Source: an uncultured bacterium
GTDB lineage: Bacteria; Patescibacteriota; Saccharimonadia; UBA4664; SCTI01
Assembly: GCA_963721685.1 (NCBI GenBank)
Contig: CAVRJJ010000002.1
Coordinates: forward strand, 8,848 to 72,847
DNA: 64,000 nt
Reading direction: 5' to 3'
Shown here: positions 16,035 to 25,188 of the stretch, piece by piece
How the letters are laid out: each line of letters starts with the position of its first letter
How positions within the stretch are numbered: the first letter of the stretch is position 1
The notes under the pieces: model-generated
What the model saw: the letters and a program-made list of their open reading frames with translations, nothing else
Databases searched by the model: none
Told to the model about the DNA's origin: nothing
Translations under genes and position numbers: made by a program

Positions 16035-16520
16035 TTATTGGCTGTGAATTTCAACCTGCGCGCCGTTTCCCGATACTTGAATGCTCGAGAAGCTGCTGCC
16101 GCCGGATGAATTGCTTGAACTGAAACTTTGCGAGCTATGGCTGAAATTACTCCCGCCATTTGAATGTGACTGAACCGAAATGTTGAGGTTGCCCGACGGG
16201 GTAGATGCCGAAACATTCCCACTTCCGGAGGTTGTCACGCTCGCCGAATTACCATGCACATGTACTGAGGCGGTTCCACCAGGAACCGGAACGGTAGTAG
16301 TGCCGTTGGTAGTTGGTACTTCTTGGCCATTCACCTTAATGTCGAGCTGGGCATTTTCCTCAGCCGACAAGCTTGGCGTAATTTCCGCTGAAGTACTGGT
16401 CTTGGCGTGATAATCGGCCGTTTTAGCCGCGGGTTGGTGCACAAGGGTGAAGACTGCCCCAACCACACTAACTGAAACTAAGCCTGCGATCACTGATTTT
16501 CTTGGTACAAAACTACTCAT
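16035..16520 (-). CDS. Membrane-anchored Ser/Thr/Asn/Gly-rich hypothetical protein
   Basis: N-terminal TM (IAGLVSVSVVGAVFTLV) followed by a low-complexity S/T/N/G-rich region (…SGSGNVSASTPSGNLNISVQSHSNGGSNFSHSSQSFSSSNSSGGSSF…). Confidence 0.45.
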   Translation of the reverse strand: MSSFVPRKSVIAGLVSVSVVGAVFTLVHQPAAKTADYHAKTSTSAEITPSLSAEENAQLDIKVNGQEVPTTNGTTTVPVPGGTASVHVHGNSASVTTSGSGNVSASTPSGNLNISVQSHSNGGSNFSHSSQSFSSSNSSGGSSFSSIQVSGNGAQVEIHSQ

Positions 16521-16523
16521 ATC

Positions 16524-17192
16524 TCACCCCTGGGCTTTAGCCCGTTTGGCCGCAAATGCGGCGCTTCCGCCAGCGCCAATTAAACTTAACGCTGCTGCTA
16601 GTGCAAGCAGTGCCGCGGAAATACCTTTAGCTTGGTCTATGGCTGAGCTAACAGGACTCGAAGTTGCGGGCTGATAGAGATTCCGCAAACCTGCGACATC
16701 GCAAACAACCGAACAGCCAACTGATGGCAGGACGCCACCTGAGCCTGCTCCCGCGCCACCAACTCCTAACGGAGCTACAGCCAAACCGCCGCCGACTCCA
16801 CCGGAACCAGCGCCAGAGCCACTCCCGTTGCCACCGCTGGGTCCCGTACCTGAGCCTGAGCCGCCACAGTTAAGGCAACCTGGGTTGTTGATAGAAACTG
16901 TGGTTGCCGTACTGTTCGTATTGGCAACATTTCCACTGGTTGCTGAACCACCCACGGTATTACCCGCTACTGTAGCTGGACCACTCGTACCTACTTGCGT
17001 ATTACTGTTGGTAACCGTAACGGCATTAACATTCGATTCAAAAACCACATTGGTTTCAGTCGACGTAATGGTGTTAACAGAACCCGGACCGGTAGTTGAA
17101 ATTGAGCCGTCATCGGCCAATGCCGCGCCAGCGCCAGCCAGCGTCAAGAGACTAGACATTGCAATAGTTCGAACTACTACTTTTGTCTTCAT
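16524..17192 (-). CDS. Secreted TGPGS-repeat protein with an N-N-P-G-C-L-N-C motif, a Gly-rich spacer and a C-terminal hydrophobic helix plus KRAK tail
   Basis: MKTKVVVRTIAMSSLLTLAGAGAALA signal peptide, then ISTTGPGSVNTITSTETN…TSGPATVAGNTVGGSATSGNV…NNPGCLNCGGSGSG…. It ends …GISAALLALAAALSLIGAGGSAAFAAKRAKAQG. Confidence 0.55.
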   Translation of the reverse strand: MKTKVVVRTIAMSSLLTLAGAGAALADDGSISTTGPGSVNTITSTETNVVFESNVNAVTVTNSNTQVGTSGPATVAGNTVGGSATSGNVANTNSTATTVSINNPGCLNCGGSGSGTGPSGGNGSGSGAGSGGVGGGLAVAPLGVGGAGAGSGGVLPSVGCSVVCDVAGLRNLYQPATSSPVSSAIDQAKGISAALLALAAALSLIGAGGSAAFAAKRAKAQG

Positions 17193-17270
17193 ATTATTTT
17201 CCTCCTTTCTTTAGGCGTTATTAGATAGTTCTGTTTTTTGGTTTTCGCCTCCACACTAAAATGAGCTCTA

Positions 17271-18128
17271 TCAGGTGACAAGCACGCTGGTACAACTCAT
17301 TTTGGGTGGAGTGACAAAAAATAGGATGGCAGCACCTGCGTCACTACGTGCTGCATCGGTATATCCCGAGCGACGCAAGCGTGCCAAGTAAAAATTAAGC
17401 AGAAGCAAAGAAGCCGCGACCAAAAGGATTACTAGGATTACCAGCTGTATTTGGGCCACTGCTAACGAAGTAGTAAATATCGCGGCGACGTCGGCTAACA
17501 GCTGAGGTGCTGGGATTAAGCTTGAGGTTAAAAGCACCCGTAAATTGCTAAGTAGTGCCGCTGGATCTTGCGGACCGTTTGGCATGTCAGGTGAAGCCGC
17601 GGTAGCGACAGCAAGACCCATGGGAACACTCGATTGTAATGCCGCCGGACCGCGATTGAGCGCCTTTAAAGCAGACCACGCGGTCATGATGCGCTGTTGG
17701 GTCTGAGAACCTTTTTCAGACGCGCTGGCTACAGGCGAGGCCACTTGTCCCGGTTGGGCGGCCGACGCCTCACTGCCAGTGGGTTGGGATACCCCACTTT
17801 TAGCCAGTAGGAAATCCGACGTACCACCGCCACTTAAAGCATCTGATGCCCCGACTAGCGATTGGCTAGCAGCAGGTGAACCAGTACTAGCACCACTACC
17901 CGAATCACTTGCCCCTCCAATTGTTTGGCTTTGGGAAGAGTTGGAGGAAACATCAATATTGCCATTTCCGGATGCATTAATTTCAAGGGTATTATTGCTA
18001 TTTTGTTCAGCACTGAGGCCTGGACTTTGGGCGCCAGTCGTGGCCTCATCGGCCGCTAAGGCCGCGCCACTGCCCAATGCCCCAGCAAGAAATATAACTC
18101 CGAGTTTTAGCAGCAAGCGTTGCAGCAT
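17271..18128 (-). CDS. Secreted/membrane Ser/Gly/Ala-rich hypothetical protein with C-terminal TM segments
   Basis: Signal peptide MLQRLLLKLGVIFLAGALGSGAALA and a low-complexity S/G/A/Q region. The C-terminus carries a long hydrophobic stretch (LAVAQIQLVILVILLVAASLLLLNFYLARLRR). Confidence 0.45.
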   Translation of the reverse strand: MLQRLLLKLGVIFLAGALGSGAALAADEATTGAQSPGLSAEQNSNNTLEINASGNGNIDVSSNSSQSQTIGGASDSGSGASTGSPAASQSLVGASDALSGGGTSDFLLAKSGVSQPTGSEASAAQPGQVASPVASASEKGSQTQQRIMTAWSALKALNRGPAALQSSVPMGLAVATAASPDMPNGPQDPAALLSNLRVLLTSSLIPAPQLLADVAAIFTTSLAVAQIQLVILVILLVAASLLLLNFYLARLRRSGYTDAARSDAGAAILFFVTPPKMSCTSVLVT

Positions 18129-18320
18129 ACGTTCTGGACTCCACCTGGGCTGTTAGGCCCTCTACATCAACTTACTTATTCGTTACTCAAGTAGCATAGG
18201 CCTTAATAGCTGTAAGCAATACCGGTAAAATAACAAAAGGATTTAACAGAAATTTAATATTTTTGTATAAATGCACAATTGCTTAAGTTACTTTAGCATA
18301 AGCATTTAAGTCTTCGCCAA

Positions 18321-18358
18321 GGCAAAAACAACCTCGCCTAGTGGAGCGAGGTTGTTTG
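18321..18358 (-). terminator. Rho-independent terminator of gyrA
   Basis: Perfect 12-bp stem aaacaacctcgc / gcgaggttgttt (18326-18337 / 18347-18358) with a 9-nt loop. On the minus strand the stem is followed by UUUUUGCC. It lies 27 nt after the gyrA stop. Confidence 0.6.
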
Positions 18359-18384
18359 GCGCATGATAAAAAAATGAAAAAAGC

Positions 18385-21012
18385 TTATGCTGGTGGAGGT
18401 GCGTCCGATAGCTCAAGCTGGGGTTCTGACCCGCCTTCTCCAATTGCTTGCTCAAGCTTCGACTCGCCAATCAACGCGATGGAAGCTACCTTATCACCTT
18501 CCTTCAGGCGCATAATACGGACCCCTTGGGTGGCGCGGCCAATGAGAGAGACGGTTTTAACGGGAAGCCGGATAATCTGCCCACTGGAAGAAATAATAAC
18601 CAAGTCGTCATTACCGTTCTCCAGAGCACGCACATCAAGAGCTTTGCCGGTTTTAACGGTCACAACTCCAGCCTTTATGCCAACGCCACCGCGGGCGTGG
18701 GTTGAGAACTGGTCCACCGACGTGCGCTTGCCATAACCATTCTCCATAATTACCAGTAGTTTTGTTCCGGGTTCGACCACATCAACGCCCACTACCTCAT
18801 CACCCGAGCGCAACCGAATGCCGCGTACTCCCCTGGTTGCCCTCCCCATTGGCCGGGCATCCGACTCTTTAAAGCGAATGGCTTGGGCGAGCGCTGTGGA
18901 CATAATAATTTCATCATTTCCCGACGTTTGCTTAACCCAGCGCAATTCGTCGCCAGTATCAAGCTTAATGGCAATTAGACCATTGGCTCGGACGTTGGCA
19001 TAATCTGCAAGCGCGGTTTTCTTAACGGTGCCTTTTCGGGTTGCCATAAAAAGGTACTTACCGGCGGTGGCGGCATTAAAGGTATTAATGGAAGTAATCA
19101 CTTCATCTGGACCCAACTGAAGCAAGTTAACGATAGCCTGCCCCTTGGCAGTCCGCGAGGCAGCGGGAATCTCATAGACTTTTTGGCGAAACACCCGGCC
19201 CATGTTGGTAAAGAATAGGATGAAATCGTGGTTATGAGTTAGGACCAGGTGCTCAACCACGTCTTCTTCCTTGGTAGTCATGCCCATAATGCCTTTACCC
19301 CCGCGTCCCTGGGACTTATAGGTATTAGCGGGAATCCGCTTAATATAGTTGCCCTGGGTAAGGGTGATAATGACTTGCTCATTAGGCACCAGCTCTTCTT
19401 CACTGAACTTACCCAGCTCGGTCGCCACAATCTGGGTGCGGCGGAGATCGCCGTGCTTTTCCTTTAACTCGGTCAGCTCTTCCTTAATAATCCGTAGGAT
19501 TTCTTTCTCATCCCCCAGAATTTTCTCAAGCGCGGCTATAAGCTTCTTGAGTTCGGCCAGCTCATCTTCAATCTCTTGGCGCTCAAGCCCGGTTAAACGG
19601 CGCAGCTGCATTGCCAGGATGGCTTTAGCCTGGATAACCGTCAATTTAAACTGCTTAATCAAGTTGGCTTCAGCGATTTCACTGGTACGGCTGGCGCGAA
19701 TGGTTTTTATAACTTCATCAATATGGTCGAGCGCTATCTTCAAGCCTTCCAAAATATGTGCTCGGTCTTTGGCTTTACCAAGCTCAAATTCGGTTCGGCG
19801 CCGGACTACGATCTGGCGGTGCGTAATGAACTCTTTGAGCATCATTTCCAGGGTCATGACCCGCGGTTGGCGGCCCTGGTCGGTTAAGGCCAACATGTTT
19901 ACATGGAAGGCGCCCTGCATCGGTGTTAAGCGGTAAAGCTGGTTAAGGATTTTCTTGGGATAACTGTCGCGCTTGAGCTCAACCACAATCCGGATGCCGT
20001 TACGGTTACTTTCGTCGCGGAGGTCGCTAATGCCGGTAATACGTTTATCCTTGGCCAGTTCGGCAATCTTATCAACAAGGGTGGCTTTATTGACTTGGTA
20101 CGGAATTTGGGTAACCACGATCTGTTGATTACCTTTTTTATCCTCTTCAATCTCAGCCACGGCCCGGACCACAATTGAGCCTTTGCCGGTACCATAGGCG
20201 GCTTTAATTGATTCTGTACCGAACATGGTTCCCCCAGTGGGAAAATCCGGACCTTTAACGTGCGCCATTAATGCTTCAAGCGGAGCATCGGGGTTGTCTA
20301 TTATATGAATAATGCCGTCTACCAGTTCTCCCAGGTTATGAGGCGGAATATTGGTGGCCATTCCGACAGCAATGCCCATCTGTCCGTTTAGCAGCAAGTT
20401 GGGAATTTTAGCCGGCAGAACCGAAGGCTCTTTTAAGAAGCCGTCGAAGTTAGGTCGGAAATCTACGGTGTTTTTCTCGATATCAAATAACATTTCGCTG
20501 GCTATGCGAGTCATCCTGGCCTCGGTATAACGCATGGCGGCGGGCGGATCGCCGTCAATCGAGCCAAAGTTACCCTGCCCGTCAACCAACGGATAGCGCA
20601 TTGAGAACTCTTGAGCCATCCGCACCATGGCGTCATAAATAGCGGAGTCGCCATGGGGATGGTAGCCGCCCATAACCTCACCAATAACCGCGGCGCTTTT
20701 ACGGTATTTGGCGTTATGGCGGAGCCCCATGGTATTCATAACGTAGAGTATCCTGCGGTGGACCGGCTTTAAGCCGTCACGGACGTCGGGAAGCGCGCGG
20801 GCCACAATAACCGACATAGCATATTTGAGATAACTATCCTCCATTTCAAACTCAAGGCTTTGGTTCTCTATCTGTCCAGCGCCAATATGACGGGCTTTGG
20901 CGATCGGCATCAGCTCACCATCAAGCGGGCCAATAGTAGACTCCGACGGGTCGTCGGCAGGTTGCTCGGGCAGCTCTGGTGTTTCAGGAGTTTCCGGTTC
21001 TTCAGGATTCAT
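18385..21012 (-). CDS. gyrA: DNA gyrase subunit A
   Basis: 875 aa. The active-site Tyr region ([10 protein letters not shown]) and the QRDR-like region are present, with C-terminal GyrA-box beta-pinwheel repeats. It sits immediately downstream of gyrB on the same strand. Confidence 0.95.
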   Translation of the reverse strand: MNPEEPETPETPELPEQPADDPSESTIGPLDGELMPIAKARHIGAGQIENQSLEFEMEDSYLKYAMSVIVARALPDVRDGLKPVHRRILYVMNTMGLRHNAKYRKSAAVIGEVMGGYHPHGDSAIYDAMVRMAQEFSMRYPLVDGQGNFGSIDGDPPAAMRYTEARMTRIASEMLFDIEKNTVDFRPNFDGFLKEPSVLPAKIPNLLLNGQMGIAVGMATNIPPHNLGELVDGIIHIIDNPDAPLEALMAHVKGPDFPTGGTMFGTESIKAAYGTGKGSIVVRAVAEIEEDKKGNQQIVVTQIPYQVNKATLVDKIAELAKDKRITGISDLRDESNRNGIRIVVELKRDSYPKKILNQLYRLTPMQGAFHVNMLALTDQGRQPRVMTLEMMLKEFITHRQIVVRRRTEFELGKAKDRAHILEGLKIALDHIDEVIKTIRASRTSEIAEANLIKQFKLTVIQAKAILAMQLRRLTGLERQEIEDELAELKKLIAALEKILGDEKEILRIIKEELTELKEKHGDLRRTQIVATELGKFSEEELVPNEQVIITLTQGNYIKRIPANTYKSQGRGGKGIMGMTTKEEDVVEHLVLTHNHDFILFFTNMGRVFRQKVYEIPAASRTAKGQAIVNLLQLGPDEVITSINTFNAATAGKYLFMATRKGTVKKTALADYANVRANGLIAIKLDTGDELRWVKQTSGNDEIIMSTALAQAIRFKESDARPMGRATRGVRGIRLRSGDEVVGVDVVEPGTKLLVIMENGYGKRTSVDQFSTHARGGVGIKAGVVTVKTGKALDVRALENGNDDLVIISSSGQIIRLPVKTVSLIGRATQGVRIMRLKEGDKVASIALIGESKLEQAIGEGGSEPQLELSDAPPPA

Positions 21013-21032
21013 CTTAGCCTTGTCCCATCATC

Positions 21033-23117
21033 TTAAAAATCCAAATCATCATCGGAAACAACCGTAGCGTGGGTTTGGATAAAGTTTTTACGAAGCAGCA
21101 CTTCTTCGCCCATCAGCTTGTTGAAAATAGCATCGGCCTTTTCGGCGTCATCTATGCTTACCTGGAGCATAATACGATGCTCGGGGTTCATGGTGGTATC
21201 CCACAACTGGTCGGCGTTCATTTCGCCCAACCCTTTGTAGCGCTGGATGTTGGCCCCAGCCATTTTCAACCGACTGCGTTCTTCGTCGCTAATTGCCAGC
21301 TCTTCATCATCCAGGTCCGGCGTAGACGCTGAATCATTTGTTTGCTCAGAATCATCCCCCTGGTCGGCAGCGGCGGCCGCTTCTTCAGCCGCATCTGCCT
21401 TGGCTTTGGCCTTGTTGGCAGCCTTTTCTTCGATCAACTTATCAATAATGGCATCACGCTCCTCTTCAGTATAGGCGTAGGTCTTTTTACGTCCGGCCTG
21501 CACCAGGTAAAGGGGCGGTCGGGCGATATAAAGATGTCCCCCGCTAATAATTTCGGGCACATGGCGATAGAAAAAGGTAAGCAGTAAAGTACGGATATGG
21601 GCACCATCAACATCGGCATCGGTCATGATAATAATGTGGCCATAGCGTAATTTAGCAATCTCAAACTGGTCACCAATACCGGTGCCCATGGCAACAATCA
21701 GGTTTTTGATTTCATTATTACCCAACATCCTATCGAGACGGGCGCGTTCAACGTTGAGAATTTTACCACGCAGCGGCAAAATTGCCTGGAATTCACTATC
21801 GCGGCCGGCTTTAGCCGACCCGCCAGCGCTGTCGCCCTCAACAATATACAATTCACTACGATTAACATCTTTAGTACGGCAATCTGAAAGCTTGCTGGCC
21901 AAGGTAAACCCGTCAAGGGCTCCCTTGCGGATAACCGTATCGCGGGCGGCGCGGGCGGCCAGCCGGGCGCGGGCGCTTAAGGTGGCTTTTCCAATGATTT
22001 TGCGGGCCTCTTGGGGGTTTTCATCAAGATAATAGCTGAACCATTCATTCACCACCTGCTCCACCACACTACGGACTTCCGGGCTGCCCAGTTTGGCTTT
22101 GGTTTGGCCTTCAAACTGGGGATCGGGCAGCTTTACCGATATGACAGCGGTAACTCCTTCACGTACATCTTCGCCGGTTAGACTTTCCTCTTTTTCTTTA
22201 AGTAAGCCGTTTTTACGGGCATAATCATTAATGACGCGGGTAAGCGCGGACCTAAAGCCCGTTAAATGAGTCCCGCCCTCGGGGTTATGGATGTTATTGG
22301 CAAACGTACGTACATTCTCACTAAAGCTTTCGGTATACTGCAAGGCCATTTCCACCACCACATCCTTAACCTGCTTTTCCACGTAAAAGGGTGGTTGGTG
22401 AAGGATACTTTTATCCCGGTTAAGGTGCTCAACATAGCTACGAATTCCGCCTTCAAAATAGTAGCCGTAGCTTTCGCTGCTTGGCTCGTTTGAAGCTTTA
22501 ACGTGGATTCCCTTGGTAAGATAGGCCTGGTGGCGCAAATAATCGAGCACCGTTTGGTAATTAAACTGGATAGATTCAAAAATGGTGGCATCCGGCCAAA
22601 AACTAATAGTTGTGCCGGTCCGGTCGGTGGGACCCACCACCTTTGGCTCACCTTTGGGCTTTCCCGTGCCGTACTCTTGGATGTAGTGCTTGCCCTCGAG
22701 ATAGACGTCAACAATCACCTTAGTAGATAACGCGTTGACCACGCTGATACCTACCCCGTGCAGACCGCCGGAAACTTTATAGCCCGAGCCTTCACCGCCA
22801 AATTTTCCACCGGCGTGCAAGACCGTCATGACAGTCTCGAGTGTGCTTTTCCCGGTAGTCTTGTGCTTTTCAATGGGGATACCGCGGCCGTAGTCGTTAA
22901 CCTTCACACCCCCGTCAGCCAGCATCGTGACTTCAATAGTATTACCATGACCGGCCATAGCTTCATCGATAGAGTTATTGATTACTTCCCATATAAGATG
23001 GTGAAGGCCCTCAATACCGGTTCCACCGATATACATGCCGGGACGCTTGCGTACCGGATCAAGACCTTCAAGCACCTGGATTTGGTCGGCGCCGTATTTT
23101 TTCTGATCAACTGCCAT
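21033..23117 (-). CDS. gyrB: DNA gyrase subunit B
   Basis: 694 aa. The GHKL ATPase N-terminus (…GLHHLIWEVINNSIDEAMAG…GGLHGVGISVVNALS), the Toprim EGDSAGGS block and the PLRGKILNVE motif are present. Confidence 0.95.
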   Translation of the reverse strand: MAVDQKKYGADQIQVLEGLDPVRKRPGMYIGGTGIEGLHHLIWEVINNSIDEAMAGHGNTIEVTMLADGGVKVNDYGRGIPIEKHKTTGKSTLETVMTVLHAGGKFGGEGSGYKVSGGLHGVGISVVNALSTKVIVDVYLEGKHYIQEYGTGKPKGEPKVVGPTDRTGTTISFWPDATIFESIQFNYQTVLDYLRHQAYLTKGIHVKASNEPSSESYGYYFEGGIRSYVEHLNRDKSILHQPPFYVEKQVKDVVVEMALQYTESFSENVRTFANNIHNPEGGTHLTGFRSALTRVINDYARKNGLLKEKEESLTGEDVREGVTAVISVKLPDPQFEGQTKAKLGSPEVRSVVEQVVNEWFSYYLDENPQEARKIIGKATLSARARLAARAARDTVIRKGALDGFTLASKLSDCRTKDVNRSELYIVEGDSAGGSAKAGRDSEFQAILPLRGKILNVERARLDRMLGNNEIKNLIVAMGTGIGDQFEIAKLRYGHIIIMTDADVDGAHIRTLLLTFFYRHVPEIISGGHLYIARPPLYLVQAGRKKTYAYTEEERDAIIDKLIEEKAANKAKAKADAAEEAAAAADQGDDSEQTNDSASTPDLDDEELAISDEERSRLKMAGANIQRYKGLGEMNADQLWDTTMNPEHRIMLQVSIDDAEKADAIFNKLMGEEVLLRKNFIQTHATVVSDDDLDF

Positions 23118-23280
23118 AAATTACAACGTAAACCTCAACTAAAAAAGGTGATCTGGTCACCCACCTATTAATCTCTATTATACTGCTTCAGCTCTTATCG
23201 GGCAACATCCCAGGAAAGTAAACTTGCGCTTAAGGGAGCGGTAATGCTTAAATAAAGGAAGCGAGGGAGCCATAATATAA

Positions 23281-24642
23281 ATGTTTCGTAATATTGTATC
23301 AAGCCTAGGGTTTAGTCCGGCATCAGGCGGGCAGCTAACATTTTACTGGCGGCGTCTTAAAGGTGAAAACCTTACGCGCCAATTGTCCATGGTAATGGCC
23401 GGGGCGCTAGTGTTTTTGCAGGTCGCGACGGTTATTGCTCCTCCCGACCCGGCCAGCGCCGCCGGCTCGGCTAACGATATCATTAGAGGCGGGATTGCCG
23501 GCAGCGGCCACCCCCAGGCAACTATGCTTGCCCATTATGACAAATACGCCGACATTAGGGCGCTATTCAACCGCTTTGGTATTTATCGGGTAGATATTGA
23601 AAACACCACCCACGGCACCTTAAACTCTAGCAATCGCGCCTTTATGTCACTTGGCCGTAATGCCCAGTTTAGCGCGGCCCAAGGCGAAAAACCGGTCCAC
23701 GGCCTTGATGGTAAGCTCTACTACGCGCGGCCGCTTTACTTGTGGGGAAATAATGTCACCTATCAAGTAATTGAGGGCAGGCGACGCGGTGACAACCGCT
23801 ACTTCGCCGTGATGTATGACTGCGGCAACTTGGTGCTAACCGATTTAACGCCAACAACCACACCTCCACCGCCTCCGCCTCCACAGCCACCGCCACCTCC
23901 TCCACCAATGCCGCCGCCACCGCCACCTCCTCCACCAATGCCGCCGCCACCTCCGCCTCCGCCAGAGCCGCCACCGCCACCTCCACCGCCACCACCTCCG
24001 CCTCCGCCAGAGCCGCCACCGCCACCTCCACCGCCACCGCCACCACCTGAAGGTACCCCTAATATTGAGCTGGCTAAAAGCGCCGTATTAATTACCGCGG
24101 CTGATGGCACCAAGAAGAATGGCAACGGCGCGACAGCCGCGGCCGGCGACACAATCGAGTACACGCTTACAACCAAAAACACCGGGAACGCCGCTCAAAA
24201 GGATTACGTAGTGGTTGAAAATATCCGCGACATTCTTGAGTATGCCGATGTAATTAGCCCGGGAGGCGCTACCCTTCAGGACGGAAGCTTAACCTGGCCA
24301 AAGACTACGATTAAGGACGGGGAAAGCGATGTTCGGACTTTCCAGGTTAAAGTTAAAAGTCCTATCCCTATCAATCCTATTTCCGTTTCCGATCCCCTGT
24401 CCTATGACTTAAAGATGAATAACGTGTACGGCAATGTCGTGGTGGTAAACCTTCAAGTGCCGCCTGAAAAGCAGATTGAAGTCGCCAGCGCGACCCTTCC
24501 CCAAACCGGAACCGGCACAACCACCTTTATTGTCTTCGTTCTGGTAAGCGCTATGGCTTACTTCTACTTCCGCAACCGTCAGTTAATGACTGAAGTAGCG
24601 ATGTTACGCAATGACCATCATGGACCGGGAGGAGGTGTTTAA
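23281..24642 (+). CDS. LPXTG-anchored surface protein: signal peptide, ~65-residue near-pure poly-proline spacer, DUF11-like beta-sandwich domain, LPQTG sorting signal
   Basis: - N-terminal signal/TM: MVMAGALVFLQVATVIAPP.
- Poly-proline tract (PPPPPPPQPPPPPPPMPPPPPPPPPMPPPPPPPPEPPPPPPPPPPPPPPEPPPPPPPPPPPPEGTP), encoded at 23860-24050.
- DUF11-like segment: AKSAVLITAADGTKKNGNGATAAAGDTIEYTLTTKNTGNA.
- The C-terminus reads LPQTG-TGTTTFIVFVLVSAMAYFYF-RNRQ (sortase motif, hydrophobic helix, basic tail). Confidence 0.7.
   Translation: MFRNIVSSLGFSPASGGQLTFYWRRLKGENLTRQLSMVMAGALVFLQVATVIAPPDPASAAGSANDIIRGGIAGSGHPQATMLAHYDKYADIRALFNRFGIYRVDIENTTHGTLNSSNRAFMSLGRNAQFSAAQGEKPVHGLDGKLYYARPLYLWGNNVTYQVIEGRRRGDNRYFAVMYDCGNLVLTDLTPTTTPPPPPPPQPPPPPPPMPPPPPPPPPMPPPPPPPPEPPPPPPPPPPPPPPEPPPPPPPPPPPPEGTPNIELAKSAVLITAADGTKKNGNGATAAAGDTIEYTLTTKNTGNAAQKDYVVVENIRDILEYADVISPGGATLQDGSLTWPKTTIKDGESDVRTFQVKVKSPIPINPISVSDPLSYDLKMNNVYGNVVVVNLQVPPEKQIEVASATLPQTGTGTTTFIVFVLVSAMAYFYFRNRQLMTEVAMLRNDHHGPGGGV
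23860..24050 (+). repeat. Imperfect tandem CCN-codon repeat encoding the poly-proline tract; contains two ~54-bp near-identical units
   Basis: …ccaccgccacctcctccaccaatgccgccg appears twice in tandem, and …cctccgccagagccgccaccgccacctccaccgccacc appears twice. This is a slippage-prone low-complexity coding repeat. Confidence 0.7.
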
Positions 24643-25187
24643 TGGAACGAGAAAAGCATGGCGAACCAGGACCAAAGAACCAAGCCGAACTGGAAAGCGC
24701 GGCGGTTGAACGCCTCAAGAACCTCGAGCAGGAACACCGCGAAACCCATGAAAAACGGACCGAGCATGTTGAAAAGGCCCGCGAACAGATAAAGGCAGCG
24801 GAAGAAGCCCGCCCTCCGGCGGAAACTGCCCCGACATCTGAGCCTGCCCACCGTCCGGTACTTACCAAAGAAATAAACTACCGCCAAACCATGGTGAGCC
24901 TCCGCCATCGCATGAAGCCCGCCGCGCGGCGTTTTAGCACCATCATCCATGCACCTATTGTTGAGACTGCCAGTGAAGTGATTGGTAAAACCGTGCTTCG
25001 GCCCTCAGTCAGCCTCGGCGCCACCACTACCGCCGTGTTGGTGGCAGGAATTGTGTATTTAAATGCCCGCCATTACGGCTTTGAGCTGCGAGGCTCAGAG
25101 ATTTGGGTTTCCCTTTTATTGGGCGGGGCTATCGGTCTGATTATTGAAGGCACCTACAAGCTCCTTCGGCAACGGCGCAAACGTTAG
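24642..25187 (+). CDS. Hypothetical protein with a charged coiled-coil-like N-terminus and two C-terminal TM helices
   Basis: 181 aa. The N-terminus is E/K/R-rich (…EQEHRETHEKRTEHVEKAREQIKAAEEAR…) and the C-terminus hydrophobic (TTTAVLVAGIVYL … IWVSLLLGGAIGLIIEG). It is convergent with the ATPase gene. Confidence 0.4.
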   Translation: MEREKHGEPGPKNQAELESAAVERLKNLEQEHRETHEKRTEHVEKAREQIKAAEEARPPAETAPTSEPAHRPVLTKEINYRQTMVSLRHRMKPAARRFSTIIHAPIVETASEVIGKTVLRPSVSLGATTTAVLVAGIVYLNARHYGFELRGSEIWVSLLLGGAIGLIIEGTYKLLRQRRKR

Positions 25188-25188
25188 C

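Noticed and set aside
23756-24182. Poly-Gly and poly-Ala/Val/Glu ORFs on the minus strand.
   Set aside because: They are antisense translations of the poly-proline CCN repeat in the LPXTG gene.
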